Assembly (NCBI RefSeq): GCF_036321535.1 | Contig: NC_087436.1 | Location: 42,906,001 to 42,970,000 of the forward strand | DNA length: 64,000 bases | Direction: 5' to 3' | Origin: Camelus dromedarius | Taxonomy: Eukaryota | Shown: positions 1 through 13,590 of the stretch, piece after piece | How the letters are laid out: each line of letters begins with the position of its first letter | Position numbering within the stretch: position 1 is the first letter of the stretch | Program-made: the position numbers and the translations under genes | The notes under the pieces: generated by a model | What the model was told of the DNA's origin: nothing | Databases searched by the model: none | The model's input: the letters and a program-made list of their open reading frames with translations, nothing else

Positions 1-219
1 GTTACAGAAAAAGAGAATAGATGGTAATTATAGATAGATAAAGCTATTATATATATGGAGGAGGGGAGAGAGAGACTATTGCATATAGTTTCAGTCTTGT
101 TGACTCCTCCTAATGTGAGTCTTCTAAATACATTATTGTAAACTCTCAGTTGAAATGAAATTAGGTAATACAAACATTGAAAAGCCTGTAATTTATGGTC
201 ATTGAGGATCATAGTATGT

Positions 220-3200
220 AGGATTGTGATTCATTTTGAGTTAATTTTTGTGAAAGATGTAAAGTCTGTGTCTAGGTTCTTTTTGTTTGTTTGGTTTTTG
301 TTTTTTGATGTATGCCTATCCAGTTTTTCCAGCATCATTTGCTGAAGAGTCTTTCTGCATTATATTGCCTTTGCTCCTTTGTCCAAGTTGAGAGACTATA
401 TTTATATGGGTTCATGTCTGGGCTTTCTGTTTTGTACAATTAGTTTGTTTTTTCTTTCATTAATACCACATTTTCTTGATTACTTGAAATCAGGTAGTGT
501 CAGTCCTTCAACTTTGTCTTTCTTGGTAAATGTGTTGGGTACACTGGGTCTTTTGGCTCTCTATATAGACTTTAGAATCAGTTTGTTAATATTCACAAAA
601 TGACGTGCTAAGATTTTAAGTGGGATTATGTTGATCAAGTTGATAAGAACTGTCATCTTGACATCCTTCTCATAGACAAGGATTATCTCTCCAGTTATTT
701 AGTTATTTTTTTAAATCTTTAATCAGATTTTTATAGTTTTCCTCAACTAGGTCTTTGACATATTTTAGTAGACTTATACCAAGTGTTTCATTTTTAGGGA
801 GTATAATGTAAATGGTAATGTAAGTGGTGAAGTGTTTTTAATTTGAATTTCACTTGGTCACTTCTGGCATATAGAAAAGCTGGACTTCTGTATTTTAACC
901 TTACATCCTGTAATTGGTGATAATTGCTTATTAATTTCAGAAGTTTTGTTGTCAGTTCTTTAGAATTTTCTACATAGATAGTCATATCATCTGTGAACAA
1001 AGATCATTTTATTTCTTCCTTCCTAATTTGTATACCTTTTATTTCTTTTTCTTATTTTATTGCATTAACTAGGACTTTTAGTATGATGTTAGAAAGGGGT
1101 GATGAAAGGGGACATCTTTGCCTTGCTTCTGGTCTTAGTGGGAAAGCTTCACGTTTCTCACTATTCAATTTGATGTTAGCTTATGGTATTTTGTAGATGT
1201 TCTTTATGATGTTGGGAAGGCAACTTCTGTTCCTAGTTTGCTGAGAGTTATTATCATGAATAGGTATGGAATTTTATCAGATGTTTTTTCTGCATCAACT
1301 GGTGTGATTTTTCTGTTTTTGCCTATTGATGTGATTGATGGATAACATTTATTGATTTTCAAATGTTAAACCAGCCTTGCATACCTGAAATGTAAATTTC
1401 TTTTGCTTGTGGTATATAAATTGTTGGATTCATTTTGCTAATGTTTTGTTAAGGATTTTTGTATCTATGTTCATGAGGGATATTGATTGGTATTCTTCCT
1501 TCTTGTAGTGCTTTTATCTCATTTTAGTATTAGAGTAATGGTGACCTCATAGAATGTGTTGCAGTGTGTTCACTCTGCTTCTGTCTTCTATGTGAAATTG
1601 TGAAGAATTGGTATCACTTCTTCCTTAAGTGTTTGGTATAATTTACCAGTGAATCCATCTGGGCCTGGTGCTTTCTGTTTTGGAAGGTTTTATTTATTGA
1701 TTCAATTTCTTTAATAGATAGGCCTATTCAGATTGTCTGTTTCTTCCTGTGTGATTTTAGCAGATTGTGTCTTTCAAGGAATTGGTCGATTTTATCTAGG
1801 TTATCAAACATGTGGGCATGGAGTTATTCACAGTGTTTCTTTATTGTCCTTTTAATGTTCATGGTATCTATAGTAATGTCTCCTCTTTCATTTCTGATAT
1901 TAGTAATTTGTGTCTTCTCTCTTTTTCCTTAGTTAAACTAGCTATAGGCTTATCCATTTTATTAATCTTTTCACAGAACTGGCTTTTTAGCTTTAGTTGA
2001 TTTTCTCTATTAATTGCTTGTTTCCAATTTTTATTATTTCTTTTCTTCTGCTTACTTTGAATTTAATTGCTCTTCTTTTTCTTGTTTCCTAGAGGAAGTT
2101 TAGAATATTTATTTTATATCTTCCTTTCTAATATGCACATTCAGTGCACATATAAATTTCCTTCTATGTAGTGCATCCCACAAATTTTGACAAGTTGTAT
2201 TTTTCAGTTAATTCAAAATATTTTAAAATTTCTTTTGATTTCATTCCTGATTCGTGCTGTTTGTTCTCCTAGTATTTTGGATCTTTCAGTTTTCTTTTTG
2301 TTATTGTTCTAGTTTAATTTCATTGTATGATTTCTGATCTTCTAAACTTGTTAAGGTGTGCTTTATGACCCAGAAGTTGGTCTATCTTGGTGAATGTTCC
2401 ATATGAGCTGGGGAAGAATATGTTTTATACTGTTGTTGGATGAAGTAGTCACTGATGTCAGTTATATCCAGTTGATTTATGGTGCTCATGAGTTCAACTA
2501 TGTTGTTAATGATTTTCTGCCTGCTAGATCAGTCCATTTCTTATAGCAGGGTTTTAAAATCTCCAGCTACAATAGTAGATTCACATTATTTCTTTCTATA
2601 GTTCCACCAGTGTTTGTCTTACATATTTTGATGTTGTATTGTTAGGCACATATACATTAAGAATTGATATATATTCTTGGAATATTGACCCTTTTGTCAT
2701 TAAATAATGCCATCTTTTTCTCTGATAATTTTCCTTGCCCTTAAGTCTGCTCTATTATTAATATAGCTACTTTCATTTTGTTTTCTTCAATTAGTGTTAG
2801 CATGTTATATCATTCTCCAATCTAGTCTTAATCTGTGTCTTTATAATTAAAGTGAATTTCTCTCTGACAATGTATAGTTGGATCTTGTTTTTTAATCCAC
2901 TCTGTCTCTTTCAATTGGTGTATTTAGTTCATTGATGTTTAAAGGGTTATTAATATAGTTGGATTAACATCTATCATATTTGTTACTATTTTCTATTTGC
3001 TTCCATTGTTCTTTGTTACTGTTGTTGTCTTCCACACATTTTTATGGAAGTTTTCATTGTCATTTCCTCAGGCTCAAAGGTTCTTTCCTCTGCCATGTCC
3101 AGTCTACTCATGAACACATCCGTGGCATTCTTCATTACTGTTACAGTGGTTTCTGTTTTATCCCAGAATTTCTTTTTGATTGTTTCTCAGAGTTTCCATC

Positions 3201-4165
3201 CCTCTACTTACATTACCCATCTGTTCTTGCATGTTTTCTACTTTTTCCATTAATATCCTTAGCACATTAATCATAGCATATTAACCATAGTGTAAAATTC
3301 CTGGTCTGGTAACTGTAACATCCTTGCCATATCTGATTCTGGCTGAGATGCTTGTTAAATTTCTTTAAAGTGTGTTTTTGCCTTCTGGTACGTCTTATAA
3401 TTTTTTGTTGAAAGGTGGACATGATGTCTGAGTAAAAGTAACTGTGGTTAGTAAGCCTTTAGTAATGTATTGGTAAGGTGCTGGCAGGGGGGAAGTGCTC
3501 TGTAGTCCTCTGAGTGGTCTCAGTCTTTTGCTTAGTCTCATTCCTTGCACTGTGAATTTCACCAGTGCTTCTCAGTTTTGCTTTGGTTTTTCTTCCCCCT
3601 TAGGAGGGACAGGATAGCTAGAGAAAGCTGGAGTTGGGTGTTTCTTTTCTTTAGCTTGTATTCCTCCAAGCCAGTTAGGCCCTGTTAATACCATAGCAGT
3701 TTAGGCTCTGGTAAAATCTCATTAAGGCAGCCCTTGCTAAAAAGAACAGAATGCTCTGCCATTTTTCAAAATGATTACTTTTCTCTTCTCATTGCTGGAA
3801 ACACAAGAGAATTTTTCTCTGATAAGTCCTGTGAGGACCTGATTGAGCTCCCTGAGGTAAACTTTGAGAAGTCTGGGGGCCTCCCATGACTGGTTGCCCC
3901 TGGAGTTTTATGTTCCAGGCTTATCCACACTGAACCTCCAGCAGCTTGTCAGTTACAGTTCACACTTGCCTACCATCACACTAGTTCCTGCAGAGGTGTC
4001 TGTTCTAGGAAGTTGTGGTCTTCTGTATATGCCTGTCTGTCTCTCCAGTTTTGGGTCGGATCTATGAAGAATTGTTAATTTTTCAGTTTCTTTAGCTTTT
4101 TACTTGTTATTAGGACAGAGTGACACCACTTAAGTGCCTTACATGCCGGACCAGAAATCACAAGA
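220..4165 (-). mobile_element. Old, decayed L1 (L1MC/L1MD-like) with ORF2 remnants, part of ORF1 and 5' UTR
   Basis: Minus-strand ORF 794-1000 FTDDMTIYVENSKE resembles the L1 RT motif FADDMIxYxENP. T-rich antisense L1 composition, many stops, apparent internal deletion near 3040. Confidence 0.85.
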
Positions 4166-4944
4166 CCATATAATTTTTTTTAATCTTGAATTTTATAAAA
4201 TTAATTAGAAATTCCAAAATTGTTTGGAATTGAAAAGGCAAGCAAGGCATAGTCATTCATTAGCTGGACTTCAAAAGTCAAGGCTAGAAATGAAAATTTT
4301 TAAGATGTATTTTTAAAATAATAGAGGTCTGAGCTATGTGTGTCTCATGTACTATAGGCTGCCAAGATTGATAAAGTACTGTAAGCATTTCTCAGAAAAC
4401 AACTGAAACTATTCTTACTTCATGGAAATTGTTGTGCAGAGTCATTAAAGAGATTTACTGCCTCTTGCTCAACCAGATTGTGAAAGCCCAATTTTCTCAA
4501 AAAGTTAATTAAGTATAAAATCTTGGACGCTTATTAAAGTGCTGCCTCCTTCAGTAGATGCCTTTCAGCTCCTGGGTCAGATGGCTCTCTTTGGAAAAGG
4601 CTATCTTGGGTATTAATTGTCATTTTAGAGACAGTGTCTATGGACCGTCAGTGACATTCTGCTATGTAAGAGAATCTGGAAAAGTCACAGTTTAAAAGAT
4701 GTTGGACTAAGTTTAGCAATCAGCTTCTTCAGGATATGATGATATTTTCTGCCACACTCTCATCAACTCCATCTGCCAGCCTGGACTTTGTAGGCAGGAA
4801 GCCCAAGTCCTACATGATCCCTGCTTACTTTTCACTTCTACTTGGACCCCCAAACTTGACAGGTGCTGCTGTTGGTTTACCTAGCTTTCCCCCAAGCTTT
4901 GGTACTTTAGACGTTCTCTATAAATAGATTTGCTATTATAATGC

Positions 4945-5400
4945 ATTCATCCAATGACTAGAATACTGATTGGGTGCTAATTATATGCCAGGCACTTTGC
5001 TAAATAGTAGAGATTAAAGTATGAATAAGACATAGTCCCTGCCCACTAGGAGGTTTCAGCCTAATCAGGAAGAGAGATAATAAACTATGGTGAGCCCTAA
5101 GATGGAGTGAGCTCGTGGGGAGGAATGGTGCCTAATGACCACAGGAGTGAGCGCATGGAGGGGGAGACTCTCTGCTGAGGTCTAGAGAATAAGGAAAATT
5201 TAGTCCATCCTAGATTCCATCTCCTTTCTGCAATGCCAGGACCAACAACATGTGCAAGGCCCACGGGAGAGAGAGACTGTAGACAGTTGTAACATTTGTA
5301 CCTCAGTCTGGATGAGCCATTAAGGTTGAGGGGAGAGAGGGGGTATCGTGAAACTGTGGGACAGAAGAAGCAGGCAGGGGCCAGTTCTCAATGCCCCTTC
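4945..5400 (-). mobile_element. L2 LINE 3' fragment
   Basis: cattcatccaa...tatgccaggcactttgctaa...atgaataagacatagtccctgccc matches the reverse complement of the L2 3' end. Confidence 0.7.
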
Positions 5401-7339
5401 CTCATTTATCACTCCTTGAACTAAAACCTGATTTTTAAAAAGGAGAATTAAGGGGAATATTGTAATGAGATACTTGAGAAAAGTCATTCCAGGTACAAGT
5501 CTGGGAGCATATTGGCATCCTAGTGTCAGATCCTGGTTTCTGTATTGAAGCAGTGCGGTGGAAATGCAGAAACGTGGAAAGCTTTGAGAGTAATTTAAGA
5601 GGTAGAAGTAATAGATAGAATGATTAACTGAACCTGAAACTCTTTTGTTGATGTCTTCTGTTGAGTTAAACATTCCATTTCTAAAATAACTACAATAATC
5701 TGATGAGAGAAAAGAATAGTTTCTCTCTTTAATGTGTTGGCTAGCTAATTGATAGCTGTGTAATTGAGAATAGTTAAAACAACATTTTGTTAAGACAGCA
5801 GACTCAGAAAGTTACCAGTTCAGTGTTTTGAAATTCTAGCTATGTGAATAAAATAAGTAAAACATCCAAAAGTATGTGACTTTTGACAAACAAGCAGATT
5901 TTGAGGGGGTAAAAAACACCTCTTTGCTAACTACAGCAAGGATATAAACAGCACTAAAACATAATAGGCACTCAGTAAACATTTATTGGATAAATGACTT
6001 GAGTTCTTTGATATTTTAAATAAGTCTGAAAAAAGTGAAAAGAATTATTGAGGCTATGTCAATTTCAAATGCATATATTCATTCTTGGTGTATATGTATA
6101 TAACATACACTCCTATTGTGTGATGTGTGCCAGTTCTGTGAGGGTATAGGGCAAAAATGTGAAAATTACTGATTTGCTAATTGGTTTGATTTAGAGAAGT
6201 TCAACTGAAATTTTTAAAACATTAAATATGGCCACTCATGATTTACTGATAATTTTGTAGATAGTATTTGGCTGATAATATAATTTCAATATGAATTAAT
6301 ATTTAAACATTGTCTGTTTTATAATGCCTGTGTAATTGTCAGTCTTTCAGCCCACCTGCCTCCCTGTCAAACCATCAATCTCTTTAGCCCTCCAGCCAGC
6401 CATTTATGTATTTCTGCTGTGTGTGTATTTTGTATGTGTTGGTATGGCTATAAATTTGTTAAGATGTTGGCAGACAAGAATAATTGTTTCAAGGAAGATC
6501 TCTCTTTTGTTTAAAAAAATATATTAGAGAAGTCTGATTTATCATAAATGCTTTAGAATTTTTTGAATTCCAAATCAGTAACCTACAATCAGGACTTTTA
6601 TTGAATCCTCAGAGGAAAAGCTTTCAGCATAGAATTTGGAAGAAAGTTATAATTCATGGTCTTGATCATTTTTATCCTTTGCTACTGTAGTGATAAGTAT
6701 GTTTTTGAAAGTTTTATATATAGATTTACTGCCTTGAATCATGATTTTTTTCATCAACTTTCACTGTAATTTCTCATATCTTGCTAAAAGGGAGGATAGG
6801 GAATCAGATCTTAACAATTTTTTTTTAAAGGGAGAACTATCATTCCCTTTCAAGAACATACTGTTTTTATCCATACTTAATATTTTTATATTTATGGGCT
6901 TGCTGTTGCCCTTGGTAAGAAATGAAACCAATTCACTACCAAGTTAACCTGTCTGTCTTCTCTATTGGGAATGTCTCTACTTATGTGTCTTTATTTCCCA
7001 GTGTTTTGCTCAGTTTCTGGAACTAGAAGGTATTCAATAAATGTTTGTTGAGCTAAACTGAACCCTCCAGATCCTGAATTCATTTATTCAACCACTTATT
7101 TATTCAACAAATACGTTTAGTGTTTATTACATAGTTGATACAGTGCTGGTCCCTGGGGCCCACAATGAGTTAGGTTTTATCTTCTCTTCAAGGCACTTGA
7201 AGTTTTTTTAGTTATTCTTGAGACAACATGCATATATGCAAAATACCACAGAGGTAATTCAGATTTACTATATAGATAATTTTCTTTGATCCTTCTAGGT
7301 CATTTTTTGCTAGATCTTCCTCATCTCCTAGACAATCCA

Positions 7340-8325
7340 AAACTTGTTCCTCTGGCACCTCTATTTTCTGTTGATATTTACTTCCTGAGTATCTCGTCCG
7401 CTAAAATGGCTTTAAATCCCATCTGTAAACTAAAGACAGCCAAATTGATCACTGCAGCTCAGACCTCTACCTGAATTCCTGTTGCCTCCTCACCATCTCT
7501 ACTTGGATGTCTCACTGGCATTTCAAATTAAAAATGTCTGAAACTGACCTCATTTCTCCTCGGCCAAACTTGCTCCTGCCAGTTAGTGACAACTCTACCT
7601 TTGCAGTTTCCCAGGCCCCAACATTGTAGTAATTACTAACTTTCTCTCTTTCTTTCTTTCTCTCTTTCTTTCTTTCTTTTTTGCATACTATATCTAATTC
7701 ATCAACAGCAACTCCTGTTAATTTTAAAATATACTCGGAATTCAGTAACTCATCACCATGTCCACAGCACTACCTTGGCCCAAGCCACTGTCATCTCTTG
7801 CCTGGATCACTGTAATAGCATCGTAACTAGTTGTTCCCTGCTTCTGCCCTGGCCTTCCTGCATCTATTCTCAACACAGCAGCCAAAGGCTACTCTGCTCA
7901 GAGCCTCTATTGTCTCATGGATTACCCTTCTCCTGCCCAATCAGCTCCAGCCACACTGCCTCCCTCATAGTCTGGAACAAGCTAGACATTTCCACTTCCT
8001 GTTCCCTTGGCCCTGAGTGTTCATCTGCCAGCAACCTGCCTAGCTTAACTCTCCCCAACTTCAGGGTTTGGTTCATAGTTCTTCCCTGTGTCCCTAAAAG
8101 CTGCCCTTCTTCACCAACTCTTCCCAACTCCTTCTTGGCCTTTTTTCCCCCCTTTCCCTGACACTTATCACCACCTAACCTATCATAAATTAAATTTCAT
8201 CTATCTGGTCAATTATCTGTATTGCCCACTAGAATGTTCCATGAATACAGGGACTTTTTTTTACTTTTTTATCCCCAGTGCCTAGAATAGTGCTTGCACA
8301 CAGTAGGCATTCACTAAATATTTTT
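7340..8325 (+). mobile_element. L2 LINE 3' portion with an internal (CTTT)n tract
   Basis: Typical L2 text (catctctacttggatgtctc; ccaagccactgtcatctcttgcctgga) ending ccccagtgcctagaatagtgcttgcacacagtaggcattcactaaatattt. Confidence 0.8.
7645..7682 (+). repeat. (CTTT)n / CT-rich microsatellite
   Basis: Directly visible tandem ctttctttct units. Confidence 0.85.
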
Positions 8326-9769
8326 GCATAAGAGCCTATGAGGAAACTTCTGGAAAGAATACAAAATTGTTTTCTATAGTTCAAGGAGTTTGAAGTGACT
8401 ATTATAGGTCTCCTTTTATTTACTTGCTACTTTGGGTCCATATGGTGCCACGGTGCCAGCTCTTTGAAGGTCCTGTTGCCTAAATACTAGATAATTAGCA
8501 TGTTCGGAATCATAGAAATAGATTTTTAACCAAAACTAAAACTGGAGATTTTGTTTTGCCAGATACCTACTTTGGAGCAAAATGTGACACATATGAACAG
8601 ACACTTTAAGAAATGTGAAGTAACCAAGCCTGTATCCTTAAAATGATGTCATTTTCTCAGGCATGATGATTATGATGTACTTAAATTCAAATACTGACTT
8701 TTCTTGATTGTTATGATGCTTAATTGATTGATATTTACCATCTACCTTGACTTTTTCTTAGGAACATTTTGGGAACTTATTTTTAGCTAGCGAGCAAAGT
8801 AGGAGATTCAATTACCTGATGCTGATGACTGCAATTATTTAGGCAGTTGAAGTCATTCCTGTCATTCTCTTTCTCAAATCCACAAGTGCCAAGACTGAAA
8901 CATGCAATGTATACATGGCCTGATGTATTTCTTTAATGGTCACATTCTTCACTGGGGCCTGAGGGAAGAAAGCCGCTTTTGTTTGCTTTTTTAATCTCTT
9001 TTTTTGGAATTTGAAAACTATTCAACCCTTTCCAGAAACGTTGACCCAACTGGGGCATTTTCATGGGCAGTAAGAAATCCTTCCTGCCTGCTCTTACTTG
9101 AACAAAGAGACCACTGATCTGGATGAACGTCATCATCAGCATTTGGTTTCTTGTCCTAGAATGAATGTCCTAGGGAGTGACGATGTGGACCTTTTCTAAG
9201 GGCATGCCTAACCGACAGTCATAAAACCCGAAACATTTGGGGACTATGAATAGAAGTACAATGATGAATAGATAAGGCATAGTGCCTCAGGACTTGCAAT
9301 ATTTAGACCCTTGAAATTTATGCCTGAAGTTTGGAAAAACTTTATAAGTGATAGTTGCTGATATTCTAGAGAAGGAAGAACATTTCCCTTAAGCACTCAG
9401 GCTTACAGCTTTTTGTCTGTTAACTATTTCTCTTGTTGGCCATCTCAACGTGGAAATTCTTTTTGGGTCATGTAATCTCTTTACCTAAAGAAAACAGTAA
9501 GGGATTAAAAAGAATCACACTTTTCCTTTTGAGAGTTGCAGTGGAAAGAGAGTTTTAGAGACTTGTGATGTTAACTTGGTCTCTGCTGATTTGAAGCATG
9601 AATATTTATATGAAACCGATAACTCGGCATGTAACTAAAACCCAAGAATCAAAAGATATATAGTCAAATGAGAATTGCTTAGATCAGTTTTATTGAACTA
9701 TCCTTATCAACACATTATATTATTGGAAAATCATTTGGGTTTTATAAAGGAATATCTGACTTTAATCGA

Positions 9770-9990
9770 AGCTAACATTTGCCAAGTACTACAAACTCCC
9801 CTTCCCAAATTATGACAAGCATATTATTACATGTCTCATTTTTTTTTTTCTGCACAGTAACTCTGTGAGGTATACAGTTTTATTTACTTCCTCTTTACAG
9901 GTGAGGAATTTGGAGCAGGAGAGGTTAATTGCTTTATCCAAGGTCACAGAGTAAATGGCCATGCTGGGACTTAAACTTAGATTTTCTTGA
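9770..9990 (-). mobile_element. MIR SINE
   Basis: tttacaggtgaggaa...gagaggttaa...ccaaggtcacagag is the reverse complement of the MIR core. Confidence 0.75.
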
Positions 9991-10564
9991 CACTGAAGAC
10001 AGTGCTACGAACCAATGTGAAATATTGCTATTTACAAAATTTAAATGGTGGAGTATCATGTACTCACATTTGGTTTTGCATGATTTGTTTTTATCTTCTC
10101 CCTCTTCCATCTGAATGTTAACGTGGGACTTTTTGAAGTCTGTTATTTTTCATTCAAACTCGGTCTACCTTTTGCACCCCTCCCCCACACCACGGACTTA
10201 CTCTTTTAACGCTTGCCCTGAACATGAAGATGACAGAATATCAGTTTCATCCCATCCTTACTGTAACTAGCAAGTGTCATGGAAAAGAGGCTTTTCTGTA
10301 AGCTTCTGGATGTTACAGACCCTCAATCAGTAGTATTGGAAATGGTTCATTTGTGGAATACAGAGGTAAAGCCTTAGGTTTATGAAAGTTGGACCTAATT
10401 TGAAGTAAATCCAAATGAGTGTATTCAGAAGATGTTTGGTTAAAGGTAATTGAGCTGAGCCTCACACCCTAGGGTTATTTTGTTAAGAGAAGTAGGAACA
10501 ATGCCTTGGGAGCTAGAAACACCCGTAACGTAGAATTGGGGGAAATTTCACTGGAAAGTGGTGA

Positions 10565-11205
10565 TGTTGCCAGTGATTAGGTTCTTGTACCATCACAGAA
10601 AGAATTCAGAGATGAGACACAGAGGTTAAGAAAGAGTGGGGATTTATTATGGGATAGATAGAACACTCTCAAGGGGAGAGACGGCAGGCTCAGGTGAGCA
10701 GCTCCCCTGAGTTTCTTTGGCAAGTTGGTTATACAGAGTGTAAAACTGAATGGATGGAATGTTCACTGGGGAGGGAAGGGTTTGGGGTTGTATTCCCTGA
10801 TTTTCATCCCAACTCCACCTTCCTGAGGGGAGGAGGGATTTTTGTCCTTATTTAGTCTGGATCAGAAGTGTCATGGAGTCGATGCATGGTGGGTACTTCT
10901 AATCTGCAAGGCTAATTTTATTGAAATGAGGGCATAATGAGCAAAAGGTTACATTTGGACACTGGAGAGTCCTGCCTTTTCCCACCTTTCTTAGTTGCCT
11001 CCAGGCCACTTGTCAACCCGCAGTGTGTGACCATTTATCAGCCCAAAGGTTCCTGCTTTTCTTTCTCTGCCCGGGGTCCCCTGTTGTTTACATGATATAT
11101 AGTTTCCTGAATGTGCTCCATGCCCCTCCTTTTTCTGCCTATTCCTGCTGTTTGACTTGCATCCCCCTTTCTCTGCTCATATCTAGCTATCTGTCTGCTC
11201 TAACA
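10565..11205 (-). mobile_element. Solo LTR, ERV1-like (641 bp)
   Basis: TGTT...AACA termini with a perfect 4-bp TSD GTGA (10561-10564 and 11206-11209). AATAAA on the minus strand at 10643-10648. GC is higher than the flanks. Confidence 0.85.
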
Positions 11206-12074
11206 GTGACAGTAATATGTAAAAGTGAATCTAGTTTCAAATGTGGCCCAAAAGTGGCCCATGTTCAGTTGGTCCTCTGTGCTTTTTTCTGGTTTTTTTA
11301 TCAGGCACATTTTCCCAGAATGGTGACCCCTAGAATTCCAGGCTTAGATATTTCTTACAGTAATGTGTTATTGTAAGGAAAGCCTCTTTTTCCATTTAAT
11401 TCCAGCAGTTGTACTAAAATTGAGTTGTGTTGTCTATCCCTGAACCAGTTATTCTAAGGAAATAACACAGTAGCCTTTGGAGCTGAAAAAGGATGATGGC
11501 CAAGCCAGTTTACTAAAATAAAAAAGGAGTACAGTTAACAAAGGAGAAATAAATGCAAGTAGGCAAAACAACAAACAAAAAACCAAATAAAACCCAGAGA
11601 TCTATAATAGGGAGATGAAGAGAGGAGGTGGAAAAGAATTAAGCCAAAGGGAAAAATGCCTTTGGAGAAGAAACCAGTAGTCTGGGAGATAGAAGCAAGG
11701 ATTCTGCATGCTAGTTAACATTCTCTTCTTAAACACAATGATTTAATTTAATACTGGAGGCCAAGTTTAAAAGTTCTCTTTGCAGAACAGGACAGGAACT
11801 AAATATTTTTAAACTGCTTTTAGTTTTAAGCATTAAAGTGTATATGCTGAATTACACTGGGCATTTTAAATCTTGCATATTTAGTTCAGTCATTATCAAA
11901 TTAAACTCAGATGACTTTATGGACTTCAGCTTAAAAAGTTTTCCTCTCATGGCTTTCTGATTCAAAATGTCAAAAAGAATAAATATGTATAAAATAACAA
12001 AACAGTTTATTAAATCAAGTAATACCTGTGAATTATCCAGTGTATGCTATATATATTTAATCATATACAAAGAG

Positions 12075-12170
12075 AATCCATATATGTGTGTATATATGTA
12101 TATGTGTATGCATCTATACATGTGTATATATAGTTGTATACATGTATGCTTTGTGTGTGCATATGTGCAC
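12075..12170 (+). repeat. Degenerate (TATG/TG)n low-complexity tract
   Basis: tatatgtgtgtatatatgtatatgtgtatg... directly visible. Confidence 0.75.
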
Positions 12171-12800
12171 ACAAGGCTGGGGAGGGACACCCAGTGAGAC
12201 TTAGAAAAGAATCACTTTAGAGGTCCAACTTCAAGCCTGAAATTTCCTTTGTTGATTATACCCGAATGTAATCTTTTTGTTAATTTTAAAATTTATTACA
12301 CAGTTTCTGAGTTTGAAATTCAAGCAGCACCTGGTCTTATTTTAATCTATAGATAATTTAACCAACAAATATGCCAAATTTCTAACTTATTATTTCCTCT
12401 CCTTGAATGAAAAAATGGTGGAGGCTATTAACTAAGGATTTGAAAACATCATGTTTAACTAAGTCACTGTTGTAAGCTCTGAAGTCCCTAGTTATGTCTG
12501 GTCCAAAGTGAGATGATGAGAAGAGACAGCAGGCCAGTAGGGGACCCAGATAAAGAGCTGTAGAGAGTGATGCCGCCTCTGGTTCCAGCCTCTGCAGGGG
12601 TCTGTGAGTGGTGAATAAGGCCATCACTGGTTTTAAGGGCTCATTAGGCAAAAATGGATAAAAACATAGAGGATTTTTTTTTTTTTAAGATTAAAGATGG
12701 GAATCATGAACACTTTTTGAATTTGTTGCCCAGCAACGATTCTGTTCTTTTTTTGGTAAGCACCACAATTTAACTGTGGGACCAACCCTTCCCCATTATA

Positions 12801-13118
12801 TAGTCGTCACTCAGTGTCCACGGTGGGTTGGTTCTAGGACCACCTTTGAATACCACAATCCAAGGATGCTGAAGTCCCTTTATATAAAATGGCACAGTAT
12901 TTGCATATAACCTATGCCCATTCTTATGTATATTTTAAATCATCTCTAGAGTGATTATAATACCTAATACAATGTAAATGCTATGTAAATAGTTGCCAGT
13001 GAGCAGCAAATTCAAGATTTGCTTTATGGAGCTTTCTGGAATTTTTTTTTCCTGAATATTTTTTACCCTTCATTGGTTGAATTTGCAGATGCGAGATCTG
13101 TGGACACAGGGTCAACTG
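12801..13118 (+). mobile_element. MER2/MER2B-like Tigger (TcMar) non-autonomous DNA transposon
   Basis: Starts tagtcgtcactcagtgtcc and ends gggtcaactg, with TA on both sides. Internal gtatttgcatataaccta...tacctaatacaatgtaaatgctatgtaaatagttg matches MER2 as recalled. Confidence 0.85.
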
Positions 13119-13359
13119 TATGTAGCCTGGTGGGTCTATTCTAGAAGGTGTCCTGTCCTCTTTTATTTAAGGTGTGGGCACATGACCTGAACTGGGACTG
13201 TCAGGTGCTCCCCCTTCTCTGGAATTTGAAATCTGAGTCAGGTAATTAAAAGACTAAAAATTGTAGGAGTGGATTCATGGGGAGATGCCTAGAAGACACC
13301 CTGCAGTTCCTGTGGCCTGGAAACAGGAAGCCTTCCTGATTCTTGACTCCTGACTTCAT

Positions 13360-13590
13360 TCTGAAACCCACTTGTTTAGGTTTAACCCCCAGCTCTGCCA
13401 CTTACATCCTGTCTGACTTTGAACAATTTGCTTAACCTCTCAGGGCCTCAGTTTCCTTGGTTGTTAAACAGAAACAGCAGTAACATATAACTTCTAGGAC
13501 TGCTGTGAGAATCAAATGATTTGATTGATGTAAAACTTCCAGAACAGTACTTGCCAGAGTCCACACTTAGTAAGTGTTATCTGTAATTTT
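13360..13590 (+). mobile_element. MIR SINE
   Basis: cagctctgccacttac...cttaacctctcagggcctcagtttcct...tgtgagaatcaaatga. Confidence 0.8.
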
